64,000 bases of DNA, taken from Diplonema japonicum. Taxonomy: Eukaryota; Protista; Euglenozoa: Diplonemea. Below the pieces are notes generated by a model. It saw only the letters and a program-made list of their open reading frames with translations, did not search any database and was not told the origin of the DNA. The stretch spans positions 186,001 to 250,000 of the forward strand of contig OZ025726.1 in NCBI GenBank assembly GCA_964019335.1, given 5' to 3'. Each line of letters begins with the position of its first letter. The stretch's first letter is position 1. Position numbers and translations under genes: made by a program. Shown here piece by piece: positions 10,995 through 23,642 of this stretch.

Positions 10995-11769
10995 TCAGAG
11001 ATTTGAGGGGGGGGGGGGGGGATTGGGTAAATGCAGTGCTATGGGTGCTTAAATAGATCTTTTACAAAAGGGGGGGGAAGTAAATAAAAAAAGGGGTTAT
11101 GGGAACAATGAGAAGGGGAAGCGTTTCTAAAGTATAATAAAAAAAAATCTTTTTTTTTCTCTAGTTTACAATAAAAAAAAAGGAGGGGAGATTCTAGAGG
11201 AGTGGGAGGAGAAAAAAAAAAAAGAAGAAGGGATAAATAACTTCATTAGAAACGAATCTATTTTTTTTTGTCTCCCCCCCCTTTTTTTTGTTTCGCTATT
11301 CTTTTTTCTGAGTTTTGTAAGATACGAAGTTTCTTTCTTTCTTTCTTTCTTTCTTTCTTTTTCTTTTGTTATATCTGAAGAAACAATTCTTCTGTTTGCA
11401 AAAAAAAAAAAATAAATAAAAAAAAAATAAATAAATAGAACAAGCCATTGTATTCTTTTCATACTATTGCGTAATATATAAGTCACGAATTTTTACTCCT
11501 GATAAGGTGATCATGCCGCAAAATCATCTATCTGACAGCCATTAAAAACCCAAAAGGCCTGACAAAATAGTGACTAAGCTGTAACTGTAAACTCGTACTG
11601 ACCAACATTCTTTACTGGCGCAAGAGCTGCACAGGGAGTAAAGCCTTTTCAGACAGAAGGCAGTCGCGACGGCCACTCAGAAAGAAAGGGGGGGGAATAG
11701 AGTTGAGAAAAATTACACCAGAAATGAAAGGAAAAGAGAAAAATCTCCTTTTCAAATTTTGTTTACAGA

Positions 11770-11801
<32 letters not shown>

Positions 11802-12077
11802 CGATTGGCAAACGGAAAATAGAATACATAAAAGGTAGACAAGTAAGACAAGTAAAGAAGAAAAAAAAGGGGGGGGGAAGAGGGGAAACACACACAACCC
11901 ACTGTACACCATGCACTCTTCTCCTTTACAGCATTTTGTTTTTTTTTTTTTTGTAATCGAAGATTTTTTTCTTTTCTATCCTTCTCTTTTTTTTTTTTCT
12001 TTCTTTCTTTTTTTGCCTCTAAAAAAAAGATTTCTATACAACAAGGACTTTCCTTTTTTTTTTATTTATATATTCAT

Positions 12078-12232
12078 TTACGGCTCTTCAACTTCTTTTG
12101 AAGGAGGTGTCCCCATGAGGATGACCCTCCTCGCTCTGGGAGTAGACCCAGAGTTGGAGTTTCGAGACGAACCCGGCGAGCTAGATTTGGGAGACAGATT
12201 GAAAGGGATGTGCGATTGATTCGCATAAAGCT

Positions 12233-12268
<36 letters not shown>

Positions 12269-13125
12269 ACCTGCATGTTCCGACTGAAATGCACCAACTG
12301 CCTCCGGAAATCAGTGTTCTGCAGCACGGGTGCCTTCTTCACAGATACCTTCTGAACCGCCTCAAGCAGCCCAAGATTGTTTTCTGAGAAGAAGAGCTGC
12401 AGCGCCACCGCCATTGCAACCGACCGGTTGACCGCCTTCAAGCAATGCAACAGGACCCTCCCCTTCTTTTCCTTGCGCACCTCCTGAACCGTCGTAATAC
12501 ACTTCCCAATGTGGTTATTGATAAGAGGATAGTCATGGGTATCTTGAGCATAGACCAATGTAAGCCCGATTCCATGTAAGCTATACGAATCTGCTGGGAA
12601 GAGTGACTGGGCAGGGCACATGTTGATTACATGGGTAAACCCATCTTCATGGAGTCGTCTTGGGTCAGCAGCGTACTTTGCAGTTCCACATGACATCCAA
12701 GGGGTGATCTCGAAAGGTGTGTGTTCTTCTTTTGAAGGGAGGCGTTGTTTAACGTCGGTTGGGCAGAAGACAAGCTTTGCAAGGGAAACCTCGACTCGTG
12801 TTTCTTCAAGGCTTCTCACCGGTGTGCAGTAGCCGACTTCTTTGTTGCATTTTTGTACTGAGCCGGCCGTGGCCTGCCCCGTCATAGGGCAGGGTACCAG
12901 GTCTCGTTTTTCTACCCGCCGCCGCCGCCTTCGCTTCGGGCTCTCCTGCGGGGCGTCATTCCGTGCAATTTTCAGTTCGATTTCCAGGTCCTCCCCATCG
13001 CTTCCGCAGTAACCGTCCGGCGGGCTTATGTCCGGGACATTACCGCTACACGTGCTTCCGGAAAAAGGCGACGGTGACTGGAAGAGCGACACAGGCCGTC
13101 TGAACTCCACACGGTCCTCTTCCAT
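12078..13125 (-). CDS. Dual-specificity protein phosphatase
   Basis: GFTHVINM, AQD, VLLHCLKAVNRS (CX5R), QNTDFRRQL; intron 12231-12270. Confidence 0.85.
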
Positions 13126-13237
13126 TTAATTATATTTTTTTTTTGTGTCCCCCTCCCTTTTTTTTTAAAAAAATTTTAATTTTCTGAGAAAAAAAAAAAT
13201 TTTTTTTTCTTCTTTTTTTTTTTTTTTTTTTAAAAAG

Positions 13238-13759
13238 CTACGTCAATGTGCAAATCTCATCGTCCGTGCACTTCATAATTTCTCGCAATAGATCTTTGTT
13301 CTCCAAGCCTGCGATGACACGCTCCTTGTCATTTATCTGTTTGTTCACGTCACCTTCGTTGTCATGGCTCCCAGGGGTCAAATACAAGTTTAGTTTCCAT
13401 TTCGTCTCTGGGGGCAAGTACCGGGCAGTACGTTCATGGATGCATAGCGCAATATGTGTGGTCAAGTGGCAGTGCGGGACGGTGGGTGTAACAAATATAG
13501 TAAGGTGTGCGTGCTTGAACCCTTTGTAATAATTTAGTGTAATGCCCGATCGCTTGACCACCCCGAGATCGCTTAGGGAGTAGTCTTTGTGCTCCGGGTC
13601 GCGAATCACTTTTATAACCTCGAATATGTCCTCGCCTACATATTGAGTGGCCTTTTCCATCTCTGTGAGCTCCCTCCCGTCCACCGTGCATGTTCCCTTC
13701 TCTGGTTCGCTCTCGGCCCTCTTGTTCGAGAGCATTTTTTCTAGCTCATTTCGGTCCAT
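13238..13759 (-). CDS. CIA2: Cytosolic Fe-S assembly component CIA2/MIP18/FAM96
   Basis: IRDPEH..SLSDLGVV, TPTVPHC, GSH..E..VNKQINDKERV.A.LEN. Confidence 0.92.
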   Translation of the reverse strand: MDRNELEKMLSNKRAESEPEKGTCTVDGRELTEMEKATQYVGEDIFEVIKVIRDPEHKDYSLSDLGVVKRSGITLNYYKGFKHAHLTIFVTPTVPHCHLTTHIALCIHERTARYLPPETKWKLNLYLTPGSHDNEGDVNKQINDKERVIAGLENKDLLREIMKCTDDEICTLT

Positions 13760-14888
13760 TGCTCTTCCTCCCCTCCCCCTCCCACCTCTTTTTTTTTTTT
13801 CTTTTTTTGGTTTGCATGGGGGAAACGGGAAGAAAAAAAAAAAAAAAGAAAAAAAAAAAAAGCTGAACAAAGGAAGCGCGGGTTCGCGAGTGAATAAATA
13901 AATAAAAAAAAAATAGACGACAATAAGGATGAAGGAGGGGTGAAGAGAAAAAAAAGGGGGGGGGAACAACCGTACTTAACAGTATGGCCACCCGGGGATA
14001 AGATGGAAAAAAGAAAAAAAGAGAAAAATGGAACGGCGCGCATTCTGATCTATATCCTGCTCAAGCTTAGATAGCCGCCCCGTGGTCACTTTTGGACATT
14101 TTCCTTTTTTTTTTTCCCCCTTTTTTTTTTTCTTCCTTTTCTCTTCTCCCTCTTAATTATTCCACGAACTTCTGGGTGTGTGATTTTTTTTTTTTTTTAC
14201 TTTTTTTTACTTTTTTCTCTTTTATCTTCAGGGGGACGTGGTCCCTTCTCAGTGCCAGAAAGCCACGCTCCCTCCTGTTGCTTGGAATCGTGGAGGGGGG
14301 GGGGGGGGAGGGTTGCCCGAAGAGAAGTGGTTTTCTTGTCCTTCCCGCCGGGCAACCCAAGGAACTCGTAGTAACAAAAAAAAAAAAGAAGAGGAAAAAA
14401 AAAAAAAGAAGATTTACCGCATCATATCTCTAAAACCCGTTTTTTTTTTTTTGACCCCCCTTCCGTCAGGAGGACTGAGAAAAATTGCTTTAGTTAAAAA
14501 TATTTTTTTTCTTTTTCAATACAATGGTAGGGGCTTTTTCAGGGGGGAAAAGCTCCCGCTGTTGATGGATACCCTTCGGACTTTGCTGAACAGGCTTTAG
14601 AGAGACAGAGCGTACTTTCTTTTTTTTCTTTTTTTTTTCGCAATGGCAAGAAAAAAATTACACATGAGTTAAAAAAGAGGGGGGGGGGGAGGAAAAGAGT
14701 AGGTGGAGGAAGGGCCAATAAAAGTGCTGTGCCATGAGATCTAGAAACAGAGGGAAGTAATATAGCCCAAATTTTTCTAAGACCCCGGGAGCATTTCCAC
14801 TTGTACGGAAAAAAAAAGGCAACCGATAAAACTTTTTTTTTCTTTTTTTGAGTCGTGCGCAAATTAAACCTTTTTTTTTTTTTTTTTT

Positions 14889-15448
14889 TTTTATTTCACT
14901 CTTCGTCATTTTCTTCACTCACTAGGGGCCTCATTATTTAACGCGAAATGGCCATTATTTAACGCGAAATCGCCATTATTTAACTAGTTAAATAATGAGA
15001 TTTTGCAGTTAAATAATGGCCCTTCAGAGTGGAAAAATGAGTCTCGCCGTGGAAAAAAATGCACCCAACCCCTTGAAAAATTTTTTTGGGGTGGGCGTAT
15101 TTTGACTATTTTTGGCCATCTGAGGCCATTCCAGCCCTTAAAAGTGGGAATAAGTGCCTTACTTCCCCTTTAAATGCCACGGCGAAATAGCAACCCCATA
15201 TTACCTTAGGAAAATCCCCAAAAAGGCTGACCTGCGTGAAAAAAAAAACAGCAGTGAAAGCAGTGAAGAGTGAGTGACTCAAATGACGAAGAGTGAAATA
15301 AAACGACTTACTTGCCGCCAAATGAGCCATTATTTAACTCTCGTTACCCGTTTTTTTGCACGAGGGCCCGCAGGGCCCTCGTGCAAAAAATTCGGGAACT
15401 CGAGTTAAATAATGACTCATAATTTGTTGGCAATAAATAGTTATTTTT
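14889..15448. mobile_element. Non-autonomous DNA element with 32-bp inverted repeat, iterated CATTATTTAAC motif and long terminal hairpin (Crypton-like or Helitron2/HINE-like)
   Basis: IR 14892-14923 vs 15269-15300 (3 mismatches); 7 CATTATTTAAC copies in both orientations; palindrome about 15312-15433 centred on GCACGAGGGCCC-GCA-GGGCCCTCGTGC. Confidence 0.6.
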
Positions 15449-15573
15449 AAATGAGCCGACAATAAATTAAAAAAAAGAATTTACTTACATTTTCTCCACT
15501 TTTCTTTTTTTTTTTTTTCCCCACCCGGATCCCTCCTCCCCCATCCCTCCCAAAAAAGGAAATAATTATTTAA

Positions 15574-16407
15574 CCACTAAAGGACCGGGGGTTTTTTGGC
15601 GAAAAAAATTTACGAACCCGGAAAAAAAAAAAAATGCGAGAGTTTAACCATAGGAAAGTACACTATACCCTTTAAAAAGCACGTGACCCAGGGGGTAAAA
15701 AAAAACAGTTTATTTTTCATGCAGGGGGGCTTATTTAGTGTTCATACGGGGTCGGGAGAGGAAATATACAACAAAGTACTGAGCATCGCGAGCGACTTTG
15801 CTCAACCCACTCGAGGGCGCTTGGGCGGAGGACAGCCTCCCCCACTTTTTTTTTTTCCCACAGATGTCGATTTTCTTCCAACATTGGGTCCTGGCGGACG
15901 CTGGAGCCTTTGAGGATTTTTTTTTCAAGCGTCCCCAGAATTGTCGGTATTTTACCATGTCAGGGTAGTCATTTTTTTGTATGAAAAAATCTCAAAGCAC
16001 TCAGGGCACAGGGCAACATTGCACGTTTTGCAGGTGTAAAATTGTTTTTTTTTTTGATTTTTGGCACAGCCTTGAGGTGAATTTCATACTATAGGCAAAG
16101 TCGTAGAGATTAAAGGCAAAATTATAGGCAAAGCCGAAAAGGTTAACACGGGTTTAGTACGGCCGTGCCACAAGAGGAACCGGATGCTGTCCGAACTCTG
16201 CTGCATGACTCTGTCATGGCGTGAGATTTGTTTGCTGGCCTCCTTTTTCGTTTTTCTGCCCACTGTCGTCTTCCGGAGTTGAACCTATAAAAAAAATCGC
16301 GGAACAATGGGTCTTAGTAAAGTCCAGGGGCTGTGTGGCACAAAAAGTGTCACATAGAAAAGATAATTTTTCTTAAGGACACATATGTCCTCATGGTCCT
16401 TTAGTGG
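15574..16407. mobile_element. piggyBac-type MITE
   Basis: Perfect 13-bp TIR CCACTAAAGGACC / GGTCCTTTAGTGG, flanked by TTAA on both sides (15570-15573, 16408-16411); no transposase ORF. Confidence 0.85.
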
Positions 16408-16685
16408 TTAAAAAAAAAAAAAAAAAAAAAACATCCATAAGGAGAAGAGATGGAAAAAGAAGAAAAGGGTGTTTTGCACTCCCCCTTTCTTGTATCCTTC
16501 GCCCCCTCTCTCTTAAAAAATTTTTTTTTCTCTCTCTCTTTTTTTTTTCTTTTTTTTTTTTGACACAAAAAACAAAGATTGTATAGAATTTTACGGTATA
16601 AAACTACAAGTGGGTGGGTTACGGGGGGAGAGTATACAACATATGTGTTCTTTCTTCTTTTTTTTTTTTTTTTCCCCCTCCAGTT

Positions 16686-19456
16686 TTAGTGTTTTCGCCG
16701 TCTGGTTTCAGGGGACCCACTTCTAACCCCGAAGGGTGATGTTTGCCAAGTAGCTAGCGACGAGTACACCTCTTTGTGAGCTTGTTTTTGCTGCGCCTTT
16801 TGAGGTGTATCCTGCAACCAAACTGCAAGTTTGTCCTTGGCCCGCTCCTCCCTCCTCGTCCTGCTCCCGGCACCAACAACGTTTGGCGATGACATCCATT
16901 CAGCCGCCGCTTCCTGGTAATGCCCGAGAGCTCCGGTAAGCTTATTTATGGTATCTGCTTTATCCTCGATTATGGGTTGCAACGCACGGGCTTTTTCACC
17001 TAAACCGGTGGTGGCGGTCATTTTGACTGCGGCAGCCATGACATCTCCGGAAATGCAACGTTCACTGCTCAATGATTTTATGATTTTTGTATCAGCTTCA
17101 TGCATTTCTCTTAAAAGCAGGCATTGCTTCTTGTAATGGTCCTTCCTGTGCGCCAAATCGGTGTGTGCTTCTTCTGAAACGTAAAGTTCCGCTTGAAGCG
17201 TTTTTACAAGCTTTCGAAGATCGTCTAGTTCCGTCTCTGCAGCCCGGGTTAACTGTGCGTGTTCGGTTTCTTTACGCAACGCTTCTTTTCTTTCGATTTC
17301 CAGTTTTTCCTGCGTCATTCGAAGCTCTGATTCAAGACGTTCGCGAAGGGACTGCGCTTCCATTTTCAGCATGGTTTCTGTTCGCCGGAATGTGGCCTCT
17401 GCGTCTTCACCGGATTCTCGTTCCCTTTCAAGTGCGGTTTCGAGGTTTTTTAGCTGTTGTCGGAAGTGTTCATCTTTGAAGGCGATCTCGTCTTGAAGAC
17501 GTGAGAGCTCGGTTTCCATTTGTTTCTTCTCGCTGACTTCTTTTACCAAGGTTTCGTTCACTACTGAGAATTTACGCACAACGTGTTGTTTTACTTCGTC
17601 CAGCTCGTGGACACCTTCGTAGTCATCAATTCCTATTTCTTCTAAAAGTCTTCTGGTTTGCATAAGTGTGGAGGCAGCGTCAGATTGACGTCTTCTTGAT
17701 TCGGACTCCAATCGTTGTGTCACTTCGTTCAGTTCTGAACGTCGCTCCACCATTTCGTTTTTGGCGAGTTCTAGCTCGAGTTCTTGGTCTTGAATCATTT
17801 CTTGTTTGAGCTCGAGGTCATGTTGCGTCCTTTCGAAATGCAGTTTCAACTCCGCTTTTGCATCTTCTATATCTTTTTTCTCCGCTTCTAGTTTTTCCAT
17901 TAGCTTTTTCGATTCCATTTTCCCCTTTTCCAACACAAATGCAGATCGGAACGCTGATGCGAATTTGTTTTGTTTTTCCTTCAACACTTCCCCGCGTAGT
18001 TCTACCTCTCTTTCTTGCATCGCTCGAACGTCCTCTTGTACTTTGAAGAATTCGTTTCTCTCAAGTTCGAGCAGTTCTTGAAGTTCCTTCACCTCTTCAA
18101 CGTTGCCGGGTTCGTCCTTTGCGTTTTTCAGTTTCGCTTCCAATTCTGCGATTTGTGCTCTTAAAGCGTTTGCTTGTTTATCAACAGCAACTTCTTGTTT
18201 TATAGCCTTGCACACGATGGCTTTTGCCTTCAATCCGTACCGCAAGGTGCTCACAGTGTCTTCAAGGTTGTCCTTGTGCGGGGAAATGGTGCAGATCATC
18301 ATTGTTTTCGAGTTCCCGCCAAGGGAATCTTTAAGAACCCATGTGAGCATGGACTCCCGATATGGTGGCACCTTCTTGGCACCCTTGCTGTTTTCAATTA
18401 GGGTGTCGATGACTCTGTTAGGAAATATTTAAAAAAAAAAAAAGCATACTTTCTCAAAGTTGAGAGCGACAAGTTGATGGACTTCCCCTCGTCGGCGGTT
18501 TTACCCGTCGCGCCTGTTTTCCCGATACGCTCGCTGCCAGCTAAATCTACCAAATTGATGGTCGCGTGGCCTCGTTGCTTAGTGTCGGAGTAAGATGTGT
18601 AAATGTGGATTTGAAAAATAGCGTGGGAACGGGAAGATGTTGCGTTCATCTTGGTGCTGGCAAGGGCACGCTGGCCTATACCATGTTCCATCTCGTCCTT
18701 GCACTCCTTGTCGGTCCCAACTATCTTTGACTCGAGACCGTGGACTTGCACACCGTACAGCGGGTGCTGTCTGATCTTCACCGCCGCGTAGTCCGCGTTC
18801 TTATTCTTCGCAAAGAGATCCTTGACCTGTTCATTGTAGATCTCAAGGAACGTCACCTCAACCTTGTAGATCGTCTTCGGCTTCTCCACCTTGTCGATCT
18901 CTATTTGCTTGAAAAGGTTTTCGACAATTCTTGGAGAGATGCCCATGTGTTCGCCGTGGCTTGTTCCGAGCATGGAATACGACTTCCCAGACCCGGTCTG
19001 CCCGTATGCGAAGATGCATGTGTTGTAAGAGCCCCAGGCGTTTTCAAGGGCGAGTTTTCCTGATTTGTCGTAGAGGTCTTCTTGGTCCGCGAAACCGTTG
19101 GGCGACATGTCAAAGCGCTCGCAGGTATCCTCTGGGATGGACCAGAAACATTCGTCGTACTCGTAACTGTTGCCTGCCTTCACGCTTTCAAAGTCGTCCT
19201 CAGCGTCCAGCACGCTTGTCACGTTCCCCGTCATTTCCACCACGCACTTCAGGTCCTCGTTCGCCTCCCTTGAGATCTCGATCTCTCTCTTGTTGAAGGG
19301 CCTCACGCGGACCATCACCTTCACGTTGTTGGTCATGGACGCGCCTCGCGGGCTGCCAACGGCGCTCGCCTTTCTCTCTGGGCTCCCCTTCGTCGTGCTC
19401 TCGGTTCTTTCCAACAGCGTGCTCCCGCGGCGGGAGCCTGCCCGTGACCTTGCCAT
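16686..19456 (-). CDS. Kinesin motor (kinesin-3-like head) with long coiled-coil tail
   Basis: VRVRP, AYGQTGSGKSYSM, NATSSRSH, DLAGSER, PYRES.LT; intron 18415-18449 joins the two listed ORFs. Confidence 0.93.
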
Positions 19457-19613
19457 TTCTCCCCCTCCCCCCCTACTCCCTTTCCTACCATAGGTTGAAC
19501 ACAACGGGCAGAAAAAAAAAAGAAGAAACATCGTCTACACATTCAGGTTGGGGGGGAAGGTACAAAAACAGGGGAAGGGGGGTCGGGGGAACAATATTTT
19601 TTATGTGTGTGTC

Positions 19614-20570
19614 TCAGCGTCTTATCCTCGATGGTGTCATCATTGCGTTTGTCCCCGACGGCCGTGGGGGGGCAATGGTCTCGGACGCCCGGGGTAGGAT
19701 CTTTTGGATTTCGTTGGCGGCGTTGACGGCAGCGTCGCAGATGGCTCTTCGGGACGCGAGTTCTGGGCTTGGCGATGCGTGCCTATGCCGGATTGGGGAA
19801 TATCTGGCAACTGGCGGAGGTGGTGGTATAGAAGGCACGTCGCCCTGTATCGCACGGAGTGCGTCTGTCATGTGTATGGCGGTCTTGGATGCCTCGACGG
19901 CCATGTGTGTGAGGCGTTGCTCGTCGTGGGCAGCGTCTTCAACGTCCTTGCGGGCAGTGGCGAGATCACGCTGCGCGACACCAAGCTGAGCAAGGGCCTC
20001 CCGGTGCTGTGTGGACGCATCGTGTTCGGACCGCTGGGTGGCGTCCAGCTCGGAACGGACCCCGGTCATGAATTGCTGTTTGGCGGTGAGTTCGATACTC
20101 GTGTCCTTTGCAGCTTGTTTGGCATGGTCGTAGGATAGTTGTGCAATCCCGAGTTCATGATGGGAGGCCTTTTGAGTCAGTTTCAACTCCTCAACCTTTC
20201 GGAGCATCTCTTCTAGAACGACGTCTATCTGCTGTGCCTTCCTCCGTTCGTGGTCGAGCCTTTGATCGGCGCTTTTTAGATCCAGTTCTGCCATGCCGTT
20301 TACTTCCTTTGCGTTCCCCACGTCGGCGATTGCTGTCTCGTACCGTTCTCTGAGGTCCCGGGATCGTTGCACGACCCTGTCCAGCCTGCTTTTTGCGTTC
20401 TGCTCTTCCGCCTCGCAGGTTGCGAGTGTTGCTACTTGCACCTGAACTTTGCTCTCGTTCGTGTGGATTTTGCCATTCGCTTGTATCGCTGCTTGACGTG
20501 CCTGGCACTCCTTAAGCTTCACTGCTTCGACTTCTTGTCGCACAGCTAGTATATCGTTGAGGGACAGCAT
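19614..20570 (-). CDS. Coiled-coil hypothetical protein
   Basis: A/E/Q/K-rich heptad character; start MLSLND after an A-run. Confidence 0.7.
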   Translation of the reverse strand: MLSLNDILAVRQEVEAVKLKECQARQAAIQANGKIHTNESKVQVQVATLATCEAEEQNAKSRLDRVVQRSRDLRERYETAIADVGNAKEVNGMAELDLKSADQRLDHERRKAQQIDVVLEEMLRKVEELKLTQKASHHELGIAQLSYDHAKQAAKDTSIELTAKQQFMTGVRSELDATQRSEHDASTQHREALAQLGVAQRDLATARKDVEDAAHDEQRLTHMAVEASKTAIHMTDALRAIQGDVPSIPPPPPVARYSPIRHRHASPSPELASRRAICDAAVNAANEIQKILPRASETIAPPRPSGTNAMMTPSRIRR

Positions 20571-20601
20571 TGTTTTTTTCTCCCCTCCCTGTAGTTGTAG
20601 T

Positions 20602-20633
<32 letters not shown>

Positions 20634-20772
20634 TGAGAACAAAAAAAAAAAAAAATGTATTCTTTTTTAGCAATAAAAAAAGACTATGCTAAAAAGAAAA
20701 ACAACAATAACCATGTCGATGTACTTTCTGATTGAAAACAAAGAAAAAATAAATGGACTAGATGTTGTTCTT

Positions 20773-21483
20773 CTAGAAGGTCTGGGGGGCCTTGGCGGTG
20801 AACGGGGCACGCAGAGACTTCTTGGGCACCCTGACCCTGTGGATAAGAGGGAAGCGGACCTTCGCGTTGTGGAACTGCGTGACGTTGGGGCGAGTGCAGT
20901 CCTTGGGGGCCTTGGTGCAGGTACGGATCACCTAGATTTTTTTTTTCCCCCCCTCCTTTCTCCATACCTGCACGTTGCTGAACGAGGCCCTGTGCTGACC
21001 GGACAGCTCGTTGAAGATCCTGGAAACACCCCTGGAGAGGTGGGTGTCCCTGATCTCCTTGCTGGTGTTCACGGGACCAGTCCTGGAGTACCACCTGAGC
21101 TGGACACCGAAGTTCTTGATCACACCAGGGCGCTTCTCCTGTCGGAGAAAAAAAAAATTTTTTTTTGTTTTATTGCTGATAAATAATATAAACTTACCTT
21201 GAGCTCCCTCACTCCGAACACCTCACCGTTGGCCCTCTTCACCTTGTGGTACTCCCTCATGAACTTCCAGAACTTGGTCTTGGCCACAACGTGGTTGGGG
21301 GCGAAGCAGTGGTGGCGGAAGATCTTGGGGGCCGGGCAGGCCTCGGTAGGGGTGGCACGACCCACCACCTGTGTATTGTGTTTATTTTTTTTTTTCTCTC
21401 TCTCTTTTTTTTTTTTTTTTTTGTACACAAACCTCGTAGTGGCGAAGGTGCGCGCTGGCCAGGTCAAGAGTGGGCTTACCCAT
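20773..21483 (-). CDS. RPL18A: 60S ribosomal protein L18a (eL20)
   Basis: LRHYE|VVGR...FAPNHVVAKTKFW...KNFG..LR..SRTG...QFHNAKVRFPL; introns 21369-21432, 21139-21197, 20932-20967. Confidence 0.95.
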
Positions 21484-21747
21484 TTTTATAAAAAAGTTTT
21501 TTTTTTTCTTACCTCAGAAAGCTGTTTTGATTATTTCCCCCCCAAATGAACAAAAAAAAAAAAAAAAAAAAAAAACAAAAAAAAAAGAAATACCAAGTCA
21601 CAAATACATTGTATCAGGGAGAGGCAAAAAAATACAGAATGGGAAGGGGGGGGAAATCTACGTGGGGGGGAGGGAGGGGAGCAATATCTATTCTTTCATT
21701 ATCCATCTTTCTTTCTTTTTTTCCCCTCCACCCCTCTTGTTTGGCAA

Positions 21748-22535
21748 TCACTGCTCCACAAACCTTCGCCTCTCCTCTATCTGCCGGTTCAGCCGCTGCA
21801 AGGTGTCCTGGGCATCTTGGATTTTGTCCTCCTCCGCTGTACGAAGAGTTCGAAGCCCTTCCAAATGTGCCTCAATAAATTCGCAGTCGGCTTTCAAAGT
21901 TGATGTAATCGATTCACCTGACTCTTTTCGGTACACAGGTACAGGGTGCTGGGCGTCTTGGTGTAGGGTTGGGGGGTGAATGGGGGCTTTCTTAAGAGAC
22001 CGATATCCCAATTGTATCATTTTGTGCGAAATGGCTGCAATGCGTGTGTCTTCCCGACTGAGCTGCGTCACAACAGACTCCGTGTGACGGAAAGCTGATC
22101 GTTGAAAATCTAAAACAGAGAACGCCTCTTCTTCTTCCTGCCAGATGTCGAATCTTTTTTCTTGTTCCTGCACATTGATCCCATGTCTTGCCATGAATAA
22201 GCTCCTTGCAACTTTCAGCATGGTCGGCCATGCCTTGTCCATTAAGAAGACCCTGCTCGCATATTCGTGTTCTTCAAGTGTCATTCTCTCCTTTTCTTCC
22301 TCCATTCCAATGGTTTCCATAGCTATTATGCCCATTCCGTAGGTGCCGGATGTGTCGGCTTGGACGACAGTTCGGATCAGGAAAGATTTTGTGGTGTGCG
22401 CAAGCTTATCAGTTCTCAGGAGGTGTAGAGTGTATATAGTTTCTTTAACCAGATGGACGCGGTGCTTGTGCTCTTGGTGTAAGATTGTCTCTCGACGGGC
22501 CCGTTCTGACAGGGTGACTTTTGAACTGTGTGTGT

Positions 22536-22587
<52 letters not shown>

Positions 22588-22721
22588 TTGTTCGCATACC
22601 ATTCCATCGCCTCATCGTCTGTGTCCCCCAGAGACGCCAGGCCCTCTACCCCTTTAAGTGTTTTCTCAAAAGGACGTTTGGACCAGAATCTTATGTCGGG
22701 TAACAGCAGTGGGTTGTTCAT
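21748..22721 (-). CDS. Hypothetical protein with E/R-rich helical repeats
   Basis: ORFs 22721 and 21748 join in frame through GT-AG intron 22526-22599. Confidence 0.7.
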
Positions 22722-23642
22722 TTTTTTTTTCCCCTACCCACAACCACCCCTCGGTTTCACCACCTCCCTTCCCCTCCCACTGTTTCGAGGAATTCTTTTT
22801 ATTCGTTTGAGTATAGCTTTTATTTATTTATTTCAAAGGAGAGAGAAGGGAGGGGGGAAATAAAAGTGGGGGGGAAGGGGAAAGAAGAAGAAAAAAGAGC
22901 ATGGCCTCAAAAAAAAAAACAGTTTTTTTTTTTTTTTGTAGAGTGCATGTTCTATTCACGAAGTTTCTTTCTTAAGCATCACACTGGGTATCCTGCATTC
23001 AATTCTCCACAAGTTCGGCAAAGTCATGAAAATGAGAAACGATTTTGAAAAGGGGGAGGGGAGGGGGAGGAATAGAGTAGGCAATTGTTGATTTGTACAA
23101 GTGGTTGACCCTTGTCGAAGGTTTAGCCAACAAGTTGCCACTACTCTTTTTTTTTTTTTTTTTTTTTTTTCCCTCTTCAAAGACAATGGTTGTTAAAACA
23201 TCTTTTTTTGTTTTGTTTGTTCGTCCCCTTTTTTTGTTTTGTTTGTTCGTCCCCTTTTTTGTTGGTCAAGTCAAAGACTCGTTCTTGCAAAAAAAAAAAA
23301 AAAAAAAAAAAAAAATTCACTATGATAGGAACGAAGTGGTTAGCAACGGCCCGCGAAAAAAAAAAAAAAAGGGCGCTCCCATAGAAGTGTCAAAAGCAAA
23401 GAACGGAATTTGCTTTGTTTTGTTTTGTTTTTAAAGGAGAGAAGGGAGAGAAGAAAAAAAGAGGGGGGGGAGCAATCCATTCTAGAAAGAAGGAAAGGGG
23501 GGGGGGGGGGGGGGGGAGATTGAGAAATAATCTCTCAGATCAGACAGCTCATCATATCTATAATGGACTTCAATGCCCCGTGATGAAACAGTTTGCAGTT
23601 CGTTACCTTCTCTTGGTCGTGTTGGGGGGAAGAAAAAAAAAA

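Noticed and set aside
23203-23260. Short local duplications (also about 46317-46353 and 51342-51400)
   Set aside because: Consistent with simple slippage; no further structure
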